Source: Longispora albida DSM 44784 (GTDB taxonomy: Bacteria; Actinomycetota; Actinomycetes; Mycobacteriales; Micromonosporaceae). Taken from it: a stretch of DNA of 32,000 nt. The stretch is from positions 199,976 to 231,975 of the forward strand of contig NZ_KB903834.1 of the NCBI RefSeq assembly GCF_000379825.1, read 5' to 3'. Made by a program: the position numbers and the translations under genes. The notes under the pieces were generated by a model that did no database searches, was not told where the DNA came from, and saw nothing but the letters and a program-made list of their open reading frames with translations. Shown in pieces: positions 1-8,896 of the stretch (the stretch's first letter is position 1; the number at the start of each line of letters is the position of its first letter).

Positions 1-540
1 CACGAGCACTACAACCCGATCGCGCAGCGGCTGGCTTCGCTGCCGAAGCCGGTCATCGCCGCGGTGAACGGCTCGGCGGCCGGTGCCGGGGCCTCGCTGG
101 CCCTGCTGGCCGACTTCCGGGTCGGCGGGCCGAAGACGAGCATGCTGATGGCCTTCGCGAAGGTCGGGCTGGCTGCCGACACCGGCGCGTCGTGGATCCT
201 GCCCCGGATGGTCGGGCACGCCAAGGCCACCGAGTTGCTGCTGCTGGCCGAGCCTGTGGGCGCGCAGGAACTGCTGTCGCTGGGCCTGCTGACGAAGCTC
301 GTCGAGGACGACGCCGACGTGCTGCCGGTGGCCCGTGAGCTGGCGGTGCGGCTGGCGCAGGGGCCGACGACCGCGTACGGCGCGATCAAGCGGCAGCTGT
401 CCATCGCCACAGCGTCCGGCCTGGCCGACTCGCTGGCCGTGGAGGCTGAGGCTCAGGCGATCTGCGGCCGGACCGAGGACCACCGGGCGTCCACGGCTGC
501 CTTCGTCGCCAAGGAGAAGCCGGTCTTCACCGGCCGGTAA
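1..540 (+). CDS. enoyl-CoA hydratase/isomerase family protein (5' end outside window)
   Basis: Frame 1 is open from nt 1 with no start in the window. The sequence PKPVIAAVNGSAAGAGASLALLADFRV ... EDHRASTAAFVAKEKPVFTGR is typical of the crotonase fold. Stop TAA at 538-540. Confidence 0.85.
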   Translation, partial: HEHYNPIAQRLASLPKPVIAAVNGSAAGAGASLALLADFRVGGPKTSMLMAFAKVGLAADTGASWILPRMVGHAKATELLLLAEPVGAQELLSLGLLTKLVEDDADVLPVARELAVRLAQGPTTAYGAIKRQLSIATASGLADSLAVEAEAQAICGRTEDHRASTAAFVAKEKPVFTGR

Positions 541-590
541 GCAAGCTTCCTCATAGGAATCTCACAGGGTGGGGGCCTACCGTCCCCGGC

Positions 591-1724
591 ATGACGGACA
601 TCGCGCGGTTGCTCCGCCGGGTCTCCTTCGGCCCCCGCCCCGACGAGCTGGCCGCAGCCGAGCTGGCCGGCTTCGACGCGACGCTCGCAGCCCTGCTCCA
701 GCCCGGTCCCGCCGTGACGTATCCGGCGCTCGATCCGCGGGCCGACCGGGCCAGGCAGAAGGAGGAACGCCGGCAGCTCGCGCTGTGGTGGGTGGGGCAG
801 ATGGTGTCGAGCCCCTCCCCCGGGTACGAGAAACTGGTTTTGTTCTGGCACGGTCACTGGGCGACGAGCATCCGCAAGGCTGGGCCGGCGCTGATGGCCA
901 GGCAGCAGCAGACCTTCCGCGCGCACGCCCATGACTTCGGCGCGCTGAGCCGGGCGATGGTGGCCGATCCGGCCCTCCTGGTCTGGCTCGACGCCCAGCA
1001 GAACACGAAGAAGGCCCCGAACGAGAATCTCGCCAGGGAGCTGCTGGAGCTGTTCACGCTGGGCGTGGGCAACTACTCCGAGGACGATGTTCTGGAAGCC
1101 GCCCGGGTGCTGACCGGCTGGCGGGTCGACCGGGCGGCGATGACGGCCACCCTGGACCCGAAGCGGCACGACGACGGCGCGGCGACCGTGCTCGGGAAGA
1201 CCAGCCAGTTCACGGCACAGTCCCTTGTGGACCATCTGCTCGCCCAGCCGGCGTGCGCGAAGCACGTGGCCGGGCAGCTCGGTGCCTACTACGGCGGCGC
1301 GGGCGGCTCGCTGCGCGAAATCTGGTCGAATCTGGGCGGCGAGGTCGTCCGGCCGCCGATCGACTGGGCGGTGAGCGCGATGCGGCAGCTCGGCGTCCAG
1401 CCGAAGATGGAGCTGCTGCGCGGCCTGACCGACCTGGGGCAGGTGCCGTTCGCGCCGCCGAACGTTGGCGGCTGGCCCTCGGGCGCCGCGTGGCTGACCA
1501 CCTCCGCGGCGCAGGCCAGGCTCCAGGTCGCTGCCGCGATCGCCGACGCCGCGAAGACAGATCTTTCCTCGGTACCAGCGAAGGAGCGGCCGGACCGCCT
1601 CGCGAAGCTCCTCGCCGTCGGCGCCTGGACCGACCGCACCCGTGCCGCGCTGTCGGCAGCCGACCGCGACGTGAAGCAGCTGGTCACCCTCGGCCTGATC
1701 AGCCCCGAGTACCTGGTGGTGTGA
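591..1724 (+). CDS. DUF1800 family protein
   Basis: ATG at 591, 377 aa. LVLFWHGHWATS and NENLARELLELFTLGVGNYSEDDV match my recollection of DUF1800. The stop is 1 nt before the start of a DUF1501 partner, the usual pairing. Confidence 0.7.
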   Translation: MTDIARLLRRVSFGPRPDELAAAELAGFDATLAALLQPGPAVTYPALDPRADRARQKEERRQLALWWVGQMVSSPSPGYEKLVLFWHGHWATSIRKAGPALMARQQQTFRAHAHDFGALSRAMVADPALLVWLDAQQNTKKAPNENLARELLELFTLGVGNYSEDDVLEAARVLTGWRVDRAAMTATLDPKRHDDGAATVLGKTSQFTAQSLVDHLLAQPACAKHVAGQLGAYYGGAGGSLREIWSNLGGEVVRPPIDWAVSAMRQLGVQPKMELLRGLTDLGQVPFAPPNVGGWPSGAAWLTTSAAQARLQVAAAIADAAKTDLSSVPAKERPDRLAKLLAVGAWTDRTRAALSAADRDVKQLVTLGLISPEYLVV

Positions 1725-1725
1725 C

Positions 1726-2880
1726 GTGGATTCCGTGACCCGGCGCCGGTTCCTGCTGGCGAGTGGCGTGGTGGGGGCCGGTGCCCTCGCGGCCGGCGGC
1801 TCGACCATCGCCCTGTCGTCGCTCTTCGAGACCCCCGAGGGCAGAGTCCTCGGTGGACGGCCACTGGTCGTCGTGACCCTGTACGGCGGCAACGACGGCC
1901 TGAACACCGTGATCCCGTACACCGACAAGGCGTACCACGCCGCACGGCCCGACCTCGCCTACACCGAGACGCTGACGCTCGGCTCCGGCCTCGGGCTCAA
2001 CCCGAAGATGTTGGGCTTCAAGAAGCTGTGGGACGCGGGGAAACTCGCGATCGTCCGCGGCGCCGGGTACCCGAAGCCCAACCGGAGCCACTTCAGCTCG
2101 ATGGACATCTGGCAGACCGGTTCGCCGGACAGTCCGGTGGACACGGGCTGGCTCGGCCGGTGGCTCGACGCGACCAAGGGCGGGCCGCTCGACGCGATCT
2201 CCTTCGAACCGGTACTGCCACCGCTGCTCGCAGGCTCCACAGTGGCCGGTGGCTCGGTGCCGCTCAAGGGCTTCACGTCGACGTCGCTGGTGACAGGGCT
2301 GGCCGGGCCGGGTGGGCCCTCGCTGCGCGACCGGGTGTCGGCCTCCTACACCGACCTGCTCGCCGTCCGGAAGCTCGCCGTGTCGGTCGACACCGACGAA
2401 CCAGGCGAGGACGCCGAGCACGAGCAGGGGCCGCTCGCAGCCCAGCTCGACATGACGGCCCGGTGCATCGAGGCCGGGGCGCAGGCCAGGGTGTACTCGG
2501 TCAGCCTCGGCGGCTTCGACACCCACGCCGTCGAGAAGGCCGCTTCGGAACGCCTGCTCGGAGAGGTGGACGCGGCGGTCAGCGCGTTCGCCGCCCGGGT
2601 ACCCGGCGCCGTGGTCCTGGTCTACTCGGAGTTCGGGCGGCGGGTGCGGGGCAACGGCTCCGACGGTACCGACCACGGCACAGCCGGGCCGGCCTTCGTG
2701 ATCGGCGGCAACGGCGGCTTCTTCGGCCAGCAGCCCAGCCTCACCGACCTCGACCGGGGCGACCTGAAGGCGACCACGGACTTCCGGGACATCTACGGCA
2801 GCCTGCTCAGCTCGGTGCTAAACACGGACCCGGGCAAAGTGCTCAACGGCTGGCAGGGCCGCGTCCCCGGCCTGTTCTGA
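1726..2880 (+). CDS. DUF1501 family protein (Tat-exported, sulfatase/alkaline-phosphatase-like fold)
   Basis: GTG at 1726 lies one nt after the TGA of the upstream gene. Twin-arginine signal TRRRFLLASGVVGAGALAAGG. C-terminal SEFGRRVRGNGSDGTDHGTAGPAFVIGG is typical of DUF1501. Confidence 0.75.
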   Translation: MDSVTRRRFLLASGVVGAGALAAGGSTIALSSLFETPEGRVLGGRPLVVVTLYGGNDGLNTVIPYTDKAYHAARPDLAYTETLTLGSGLGLNPKMLGFKKLWDAGKLAIVRGAGYPKPNRSHFSSMDIWQTGSPDSPVDTGWLGRWLDATKGGPLDAISFEPVLPPLLAGSTVAGGSVPLKGFTSTSLVTGLAGPGGPSLRDRVSASYTDLLAVRKLAVSVDTDEPGEDAEHEQGPLAAQLDMTARCIEAGAQARVYSVSLGGFDTHAVEKAASERLLGEVDAAVSAFAARVPGAVVLVYSEFGRRVRGNGSDGTDHGTAGPAFVIGGNGGFFGQQPSLTDLDRGDLKATTDFRDIYGSLLSSVLNTDPGKVLNGWQGRVPGLF

Positions 2881-2942
2881 GGTTGTGCCGACCGCCTTAG
2901 ATCAAGAGCGAAGGTCAAACCAGGGTGGCGAGGGCCGGCTGG

Positions 2943-3149
2943 TTATTCCTCTTCGGGGTCCAGGTTCACTTCTTCGGCGTTCTCGCCCAGGACGTAGGCC
3001 GCCATCGCGAGTTCGTCGTCGGCCGGGGACACGAAGGCCGGGAGTTCGGCCGGGCCGAGCTGCTGGAGGTATGTCCAGAACTGGGCGACCGCCTCGGCCG
3101 GGGACTCGGCCTCGATGGGCAGGTCGACACTTACCAGCCAGGAACGCAT
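2943..3149 (-). CDS. small acidic hypothetical protein (68 aa)
   Basis: ATG at 3149 and TAA stop. GC3-rich codon usage like its neighbours. Acidic C-terminus NAEEVNLDPEEE. No recognisable domain. Confidence 0.5.
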   Translation of the reverse strand: MRSWLVSVDLPIEAESPAEAVAQFWTYLQQLGPAELPAFVSPADDELAMAAYVLGENAEEVNLDPEEE

Positions 3150-3264
3150 GATCTCACTCTAGTACGCGTTCACCTGCACTGATCTGCGGGTGAACGGCGC
3201 TGGCGCGACAATCATTTGCGTACGTCGATAGACTCGGCAGGACTGGACGGAAGGGGCACCTGCC

Positions 3265-4497
3265 GTGGCTGGGACACATTCGGCGTACTCGCGGCGAGAC
3301 TTCCTGACCGGCGTGCTCGCCTGCGGCACGCTCACCTCGGCGGCCATCTACCTGCTCCCCGGCGGCAGCCAGCCGAAGGACACCGAGCTGACCCTGGTCA
3401 CCGGGGCCGACTCGACCGGAGCCCGCCAGCTCCTGATCGACATGTGGAACCGGGCCAACCCCCGGGTCCGGGTCAGCCTCGCCACCTCGCAGGGCGCGAC
3501 GGCCGACCAGAAACGGCAGGCCGTCACGGCCGCGCGTAACGGCGTGGCCGACGTGGTGAACCTCGACGCGATCGACATCCAGGACTTCGCCGGGCAGGGG
3601 CTGCTCCGGCCGATCGAGATGCACGACGCCGAGCTGTTCCTCGACCGGGCGATCCGGGCCAACCGGGTGCCCGGCGACCCCGACCGGTACTGGGCCGTGC
3701 CCTTCAACACCGACGTCGGCATGCTCTTCGCCCGGCAGGAGCCCGGAGACCCGGCCGAGCACACGCTGCGCGAGGTGCTCGACGACGCGGCGCTGGACGG
3801 TACGCGAGCCTTCGTCGGCCAGCTCGACCCGGCGTCGTCAGCCTCGAACGAGGCCTTCGTCGTCAACATCCTCGAACACGCGCTCGCCCGCGACGAGGGC
3901 ATCCTCGACGTGAACGGCGGGCCGGCCTACGACCTCGGGCGCTGGCAGCAGGCACTCCAGCCACTACGGGTGGCCGCGGCCAAGGGCCGGGTGCTGCTGT
4001 CCGACAACGAGCAGAGCAGCCTGGAGGCGTTCGGGGAGCCGGGGCGGCGGTACATGAGGAACTGGCCGGTGCAGTACCGGGTGCTCCAGCAGAAGGAGGA
4101 TCCGGGCGTGCGGAACGCGCGGCTGCGGGTACGGGCGCTGCCGATCGGGATCCTCGGCGGGCAGAGCCTGGCCGTCGTCGCCGGTTCGCGCAATCCGGGG
4201 CCAGCCGCCGACCTGATCCGGTTCCTGACCGGCGAGGAGGCCCAGAAGGTCCTCGCGGCGCACGGGCTCGCCCCGACCAGGACCAACGCCTACATCGACC
4301 CGAACCTGAAGGCGTTCATCCCGCACCTGGGCGCGATCCGGGGCGCCGTGGAGAGGTCCAGGCCCCGGCCGGTGCACCGCGACTACGGCCGGTTCGCCGA
4401 GGCCGTCGTGCTGCACGCCGGCCGGCTGCTGCGGAGCAACATCGACCTGCCATCCAAGTTCGTCGACGACATGCGCGCTGCGCTGGGAGGCAGGTGA
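3265..4497 (+). CDS. extracellular solute-binding protein (ABC-type SBP family), Tat signal, no adjacent permease or ATPase
   Basis: GTG at 3265 preceded by GGAAGGGG. Tat signal SRRDFLTGVLACGTLTSAAIYL. 410 aa with an SBP-like sequence (ELTLVTGADSTGARQLL..., WAVPFNTDVGMLF). Confidence 0.65.
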   Translation: MAGTHSAYSRRDFLTGVLACGTLTSAAIYLLPGGSQPKDTELTLVTGADSTGARQLLIDMWNRANPRVRVSLATSQGATADQKRQAVTAARNGVADVVNLDAIDIQDFAGQGLLRPIEMHDAELFLDRAIRANRVPGDPDRYWAVPFNTDVGMLFARQEPGDPAEHTLREVLDDAALDGTRAFVGQLDPASSASNEAFVVNILEHALARDEGILDVNGGPAYDLGRWQQALQPLRVAAAKGRVLLSDNEQSSLEAFGEPGRRYMRNWPVQYRVLQQKEDPGVRNARLRVRALPIGILGGQSLAVVAGSRNPGPAADLIRFLTGEEAQKVLAAHGLAPTRTNAYIDPNLKAFIPHLGAIRGAVERSRPRPVHRDYGRFAEAVVLHAGRLLRSNIDLPSKFVDDMRAALGGR

Positions 4498-4808
4498 TCG
4501 GGGTGCGCGTCGAACTGTGGCTGATCCCGCTGCTGGTCACGGCCGGGATCGTGGTCGTGGAGTACGGGCTGCGCGTCGCACGCGACCGGGGCCTGCTGCC
4601 GGCCGCGCGCCGGCTCCGGCTGCGGACCGGCGCGCTGGTCGGGCTGGCTGGCATCATGCTCGCGCTGCTCTGGCAGGCGTGGTCGCGGATCGGCACGTCG
4701 GTGATGGCCAACCTGGCGGCCGTGCTCTCCACGCTCGTGGAGGTCATCACGCTGTGGCTGACCTACCAGTCCTACCGGGAACTGCGGAGCAGGAAGGACC
4801 AGCCTTAG
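4494..4808 (+). CDS. small integral membrane protein (about 3 TM helices, 104 aa)
   Basis: GTG at 4494 overlaps the SBP stop (GTGA at 4494-4497). Hydrophobic segments LWLIPLLVTAGIVVV, ALVGLAGIMLALLW and LAAVLSTLVEVITLWL. Its stop TAG overlaps the TAA of the convergent gene (TTAG at 4805-4808). Confidence 0.55.
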   Translation: MIGVRVELWLIPLLVTAGIVVVEYGLRVARDRGLLPAARRLRLRTGALVGLAGIMLALLWQAWSRIGTSVMANLAAVLSTLVEVITLWLTYQSYRELRSRKDQP

Positions 4809-6541
4809 CGCTCGTCCTGGTACCCGTCGGGGACGAACACCTGCTCTGGTACGCCGAACGCCTCCACAAGGGTCAGTGTGTGCGGGGCGAGCGCCGTCAC
4901 CGCCCTGTCGATCAGGTCAGGTAGCTCCTCGACCTGCTCCGCGGTGAGCCGGCCGGCTGCGAGCAGCACGCCGTCGTGGCCGGAGATCCGCCGCAGGGCG
5001 AACAGCCGGTGCACCCCGCGCAGCACTTCCCTTGCTGGCTGGCCGTCGGCGCGCTCGGCCCAGTCGTGCAGTGCCTCGGCTGCCAGGCGGTGCGCATGGG
5101 CTGCGACCAGCTCGAGAGCCGGGCCGACGGTGGCGTTCCACCGGGCCAGCGGTGACCGGGCGCCGCGGTCCCGGAGCTTGCGGCTCGCCCGCTGGTGCCA
5201 GATCTCCTCGATGCCGATCAGCAGCCCGTGCAGGTACGCGGGGTCAGCCAGGTCCGGCTCGGTTCGCGGGACCGCGGGCCTGCGCCAGCCGAGGCTCAGC
5301 TCGGCGGCTGCCTTGTTCCAGATCACCAGGTTGTCGCCCTCGGCGGTGATCGGGCCTTCGATCGCGGCGATCGGGTCGGCGAACCCGTTCACCCGGAGCG
5401 CGCCGCGTGCCCCGCACCGCTCACGGCACTCGATGGCCACTGCGCGGCCCTGCCACGTGGTCCAGCCCTTGGTGATCGCGACGACGCGTTCGGCCTCGGA
5501 CCGGTCCGCGGGTCCGGCGTCCAGCCAGCGGCGCACGGCGTACCGATGCAGTGCGGTCACGGCATAGGCAGTGACAGTCGCGTCAACGAGCCGGGCCTGG
5601 TGTGCCCCGTGCTCGAAGAGCGTGACCGACTCGCCGGGCCTCAGGCCGGCCGTCGATCGGGCGTGCGCGTGCCGGACCGCGAGGGCGACGGCCGTCTTCG
5701 CCGCGCTGACCCCGCAGGCACTCATGCACAGCTTCCCGGCGGTGACCCGGCCGATCGCGTGCAGTAACCGGCGACGGCCACTGCCAGCCGCCTGGCCGGA
5801 CGGCAGCGGGCCGAGGAGCGCTTCCGGCGGCAGGCGTACCTGGTCGAAGCTGGTCACGGCATGGTCGACCGGGCAGGTGAGCGCCGGCGGCAGCAGCTCG
5901 ATCCGTACTCCTGGCATCGGCTGGCGCCCGTCGTTCAGCCGGGTGAGGAACAGGTGCACGCCATGGTCCGTACTGTCGGCGAGCAGCCTCGCGGCGACCA
6001 GCCCGGTCTTGGCGCCGCCCGCGCTGGACGTGTTGGGCATGAACTTCGCCGCGCCCCGGTTCGGAGTGTGCAGGACGAAGTCGCCGGTCCCGGGGTCCCG
6101 GGTCGCCGTGGTCTCCAGCCTCGCGGCGTCGTTACCGTGCGCCACCTCGGTGCACAGGAACGTGCCGGTCTCGCGCAGCCCGGTGTACTCCGCCAGGTCG
6201 CGTACGCCCTCGGGCTCCAGGTCCAGCAGGCTGCCGAGGAACAGGTTGTAGTGGATGCCGGCGATCGCGGTGAAGCCGGGTTCGACCGCGCCCGTCCACT
6301 CGTGCATCACGGCGAGCTGCTCGGGATCGGCCACGAAGGCCGGCACGTCAGCAAGGCTCTCGTTGACCAGCGCGAGCAGCCGGTACGCCCGGTGCACCCG
6401 CTCCTCGTGGGACAGGCCGCCACGGTGAGCGAAGCCGGTTGTCCCGATCAGCTTGCGCCACCACTCGTGCAGGCCTGCGGACTCTGGTGGGTACAGCACG
6501 CTGGTCAGGGCCGACAGGACCGACGCGTTCACGGTGTTCAT
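4805..6541 (-). CDS. acyl-CoA oxidase-like / acyl-CoA dehydrogenase family protein
   Basis: 578 aa. TEVAHGNDAARLETTATRDPGTGDFVLHTPNRGAAKFMPN resembles the ACOX middle-domain signature (E.GHGS/N...LET.A.yD....eF.ihTP...a.K.w). Confidence 0.75.
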   Translation of the reverse strand: MNTVNASVLSALTSVLYPPESAGLHEWWRKLIGTTGFAHRGGLSHEERVHRAYRLLALVNESLADVPAFVADPEQLAVMHEWTGAVEPGFTAIAGIHYNLFLGSLLDLEPEGVRDLAEYTGLRETGTFLCTEVAHGNDAARLETTATRDPGTGDFVLHTPNRGAAKFMPNTSSAGGAKTGLVAARLLADSTDHGVHLFLTRLNDGRQPMPGVRIELLPPALTCPVDHAVTSFDQVRLPPEALLGPLPSGQAAGSGRRRLLHAIGRVTAGKLCMSACGVSAAKTAVALAVRHAHARSTAGLRPGESVTLFEHGAHQARLVDATVTAYAVTALHRYAVRRWLDAGPADRSEAERVVAITKGWTTWQGRAVAIECRERCGARGALRVNGFADPIAAIEGPITAEGDNLVIWNKAAAELSLGWRRPAVPRTEPDLADPAYLHGLLIGIEEIWHQRASRKLRDRGARSPLARWNATVGPALELVAAHAHRLAAEALHDWAERADGQPAREVLRGVHRLFALRRISGHDGVLLAAGRLTAEQVEELPDLIDRAVTALAPHTLTLVEAFGVPEQVFVPDGYQDER

Positions 6542-6553
6542 GTCTCGTTGATC

Positions 6554-6584
6554 GGGTTCCCGCCCGCTGGCCGGGCGGGAACCC
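6554..6584 (-). terminator. 13-bp GC-rich hairpin downstream of the EF-hand gene and 12 nt upstream of the acyl-CoA oxidase start
   Basis: GGGTTCCCGCCCG (6554-6566), loop CTGGC, then CGGGCGGGAACCC (6572-6584), a perfect complement. No U-tract, so an I-shaped terminator or attenuator. Confidence 0.5.
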
Positions 6585-6591
6585 GCCGTTG

Positions 6592-7146
6592 TCAGCGGCC
6601 GAGGCTGCCGAAGAAGCCGCTCATCGGGGAGTCGGCCGAAGGGTTGCGGTAGAAGTCGCTCGCCGCGGCCAGCAGTTCCTCCCGGTCGATGCGGCCGTCA
6701 CCGTCCGTGTCGATCAGCCGGAAGACCCGCTCGCTGTCCTCGGTGGAGACACCCATCGCGACCTGGGCCTGCCGGAATTCCGCCATCGAGACGATCCCGC
6801 TGTCGTCGGCGTCGGCGAGCGCGAAGATCGCCGAGGCCAGCGGACGGAGCAGTTCGTCGAAGCCCTGCTCGCTCTCGCCGACAGCCACCGTGAGCGCCGC
6901 GCTGAACTGCTCACGGCTGAACGGGCCGTCGCCGCCACCGAGCTGGGCCGAGATGCCGTTCCAGTAGCTGACGAAGGCCGCCCGGACCGTCTCGATCTTC
7001 GCGGGAGCCGCCGTGGCGCCGAACCCGGCGATCACGCGCTCGCCGAGAGCCGTCATGTCCGCCGCGCGCAGGTCACCGCTGCCGTCGATGTCGAGCAGGT
7101 CAAACAGCCGGGAGTACTTGATCGAGAAGTCGGTAGCCATAGTCAT
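6592..7146 (-). CDS. EF-hand calcium-binding protein (calerythrin / sarcoplasmic Ca-binding protein-like)
   Basis: 184 aa with canonical EF loops DIDGSGDLRAADM, DADDSGIVSMAEF and DTDGDGRIDREEL. Confidence 0.85.
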   Translation of the reverse strand: MTMATDFSIKYSRLFDLLDIDGSGDLRAADMTALGERVIAGFGATAAPAKIETVRAAFVSYWNGISAQLGGGDGPFSREQFSAALTVAVGESEQGFDELLRPLASAIFALADADDSGIVSMAEFRQAQVAMGVSTEDSERVFRLIDTDGDGRIDREELLAAASDFYRNPSADSPMSGFFGSLGR

Positions 7147-7152
7147 GGCAGA

Positions 7153-7158
7153 AGTATA
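7153..7158 (-). promoter_or_regulatory. putative -10 box TATACT, 6 nt upstream of the EF-hand ATG (leaderless-type promoter)
   Basis: The minus strand reads TATACT-tctgcc-ATG. There is no Shine-Dalgarno. The surrounding region 7147-7185 is locally AT-rich. Confidence 0.4.
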
Positions 7159-7212
7159 GGCCTTATGTAAAATAAGTCCGATTTGGGGCTGGCGGGGCCA
7201 GTGGGGCCAGAG

Positions 7213-7785
7213 TCAGGACGCTGGCTTCTCCATGCACCCGATCAGGTGGTCGTTGACCATGCCGGTGGCCTGCATCAGGGCGTAGGCCGTCGTCGGGCCG
7301 AAGAACTTGAAGCCAGCCTTCTTCAGCGCCTTCGCCATCGCGGTCGACTCGGCCGTCACGGCCGGGACGTCGCCGCCGGTCGCCGGGCGGGCCTGGTCGG
7401 GCACCGCGTACGCCCAGAGGAAGTCCGAGAGCCCGCCGGGCAGGTCCAGCGCGACCCTGGCGTTGTGGATCGCTGCCTCGATCTTCATCCGGTTGCGGAC
7501 GATGCCCTGGTCGGCCATCAGCCGCTCGACGTCGTCGCTGCCGAACCCGGCGACGGTCTCCAGCGCGAAGTCACCGAACGCCGCCCGGAAGGCCGCGCGC
7601 TTGCGGAGGATGGTGATCCACGACAGCCCGGACTGGAAGGCCTCCAGGGTCAGCCGCTCGTACAGCGGCTCGTCGCCGCGCACGGGCTGCCCCCACTCCT
7701 CGTCGTGGTAGGGCAGGTATTCCGGAGCGGAGTAGGCCCAGTGGCAGCGGCCGAGCCCGTCGGGCCCCACAACCAGCGCAGTCAT
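7213..7785 (-). CDS. tag: DNA-3-methyladenine glycosylase I
   Basis: 190 aa. YHDEEWGQPVRGDEPLYERLTLEAFQSGLSWITILRKRAAFRAAF is the classic Tag signature. Confidence 0.9.
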   Translation of the reverse strand: MTALVVGPDGLGRCHWAYSAPEYLPYHDEEWGQPVRGDEPLYERLTLEAFQSGLSWITILRKRAAFRAAFGDFALETVAGFGSDDVERLMADQGIVRNRMKIEAAIHNARVALDLPGGLSDFLWAYAVPDQARPATGGDVPAVTAESTAMAKALKKAGFKFFGPTTAYALMQATGMVNDHLIGCMEKPAS

Positions 7786-7817
7786 GCCGCCAACGGTATC
7801 GGAGGGGTACGACGGGG

Positions 7818-8297
7818 CTAGCGCTTGCCCTCGTCCTCAGTGGACCCGGTGGCCTCGGCGGACTCCGGAAGCTCGGGCTCGGCGTCCAGGTCGATGATCT
7901 CTTCGTGGTCGCTGGCCGCCGGGTGCTGGCCGCCGGCCGCGAGCCGGGCCTCCCTGAGCCGGTCGGCGTCGTCGGCCCGGCCCTCGCGCAGGGCGACGAC
8001 CTCGGATTCGAGGACGCTGATCAGCTCCTGCTTGTAGCCGAGGTCGTAGCCGAGGCGGCCGATCGCCTCGTCGACCTGGTCGGCGCGGTACCCGCGCAGG
8101 CCCACGTCGAACCGCAGGCGGCCCAGGTCGCCCTCCGCCAGTGGCCGGCCGGCCGGGAGGGCGACGGCGCGCCCGTCGGGCTCGACCACGGCGAGGCCGG
8201 GATCGGTACCGGTCAGCAGGGCGGCGGCGCCGAACACGATGCCACCGGCGACCAGCGCGACGACGAGCAGCAGCAGGACCTGGTTCATAACCGGCAA
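7818..8297 (-). CDS. DivIVA domain-containing membrane-anchored protein
   Basis: N-terminal TM LLLLVVALVAGGIVFGAAALL, then LRFDVGLRGYRADQVDEAIGRL (DivIVA N-terminal motif). The ORF-track start at 8297 is TTG. An in-frame ATG at 8288 is an equally plausible start. Confidence 0.75.
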   Translation of the reverse strand: MPVMNQVLLLLVVALVAGGIVFGAAALLTGTDPGLAVVEPDGRAVALPAGRPLAEGDLGRLRFDVGLRGYRADQVDEAIGRLGYDLGYKQELISVLESEVVALREGRADDADRLREARLAAGGQHPAASDHEEIIDLDAEPELPESAEATGSTEDEGKR

Positions 8298-8341
8298 TGC
8301 TAGTGCCGGCCGGCAGTCAGCGCGAGGCCTGCGTGCGAGCG

Positions 8342-8896
8342 TCAGCCGACTTCCTTGAGCGACGTGGCCAGCTGGGCCAGCGCGCCGTCCAGGGTATCGA
8401 CGATGATCAGGGATTCCAGGGCTGCCTCGCGGACCATGCCGAGCGTGACGAGCCGGCCGAGCCAGGTCAGCAGGCCGTCGTAGAAGCCGCCGGCGTTCAC
8501 GACGACCACGGGCTTGGCGTGCATGCCGAGCCCGGCCGTCGTCCAGACCTCGAACAGCTCGTCGAGGGTGCCGAGCCCGCCGGGGAGTACCAGGAAGGCG
8601 TCCGAACGATCGATCATCTGGCCCTTGCGATCCAGCATCGACCCCGCGACCACCAGCTCGTCGGATCCGGTGTCGGCGATCTCGACGGCGGCAAGCGCCT
8701 CGACGATGATCCCGACCGTGTACCCACCGGCCGAGCGGGCGCCGCTGGTCACGGCGCCCATCATCCCGACACGGGCCCCGCCGCTGACCAGGGTGTGCCC
8801 GGCCTCGGCCAGCCGGATGCCGGTCTCGCGGGCGAGGTCCAGATAGGACTGCGCGACGGTGACCGACGAGGCGCAGAAGACGCAGACGGCTGCCAT
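8342..8896 (-). CDS. LOG family protein (TIGR00730, short type-I-like, 184 aa)
   Basis: ATG at 8896 overlaps the TGA of the upstream LOG gene (ATGA). MAAVCVFCASS... and the LOG motif PGGLGTLDELFE. The longer ORF-track extension to 9502 overlaps the upstream gene and is rejected. Confidence 0.85.
   Translation of the reverse strand: MAAVCVFCASSVTVAQSYLDLARETGIRLAEAGHTLVSGGARVGMMGAVTSGARSAGGYTVGIIVEALAAVEIADTGSDELVVAGSMLDRKGQMIDRSDAFLVLPGGLGTLDELFEVWTTAGLGMHAKPVVVVNAGGFYDGLLTWLGRLVTLGMVREAALESLIIVDTLDGALAQLATSLKEVG

Noticed and set aside
453-1928. Long antisense or overlapping ORFs throughout the window, all from the ORF track. Minus-strand examples: 453-1928, 1699-2676, 10771-11928, 13175-14320, 19385-20812, 22777-24534 and 31026-31961. 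Plus-strand examples: 9645-10604, 24631-25674, 25653-27191 and 27935-29953.
   Set aside because: Their translations are Arg/Pro/Gly/Ala-rich low-complexity strings with no motifs. They lie opposite or out of frame to genes with clear family signatures. Stop-poor shadow frames are expected in very GC-rich DNA.
8304-8315. Perfect 12-bp palindrome TGCCGGCCGGCA between the short LOG stop and the DivIVA-domain gene start.
   Set aside because: It is too short and loop-less to form a meaningful hairpin, and GC-rich palindromes of this size are common by chance in such DNA.
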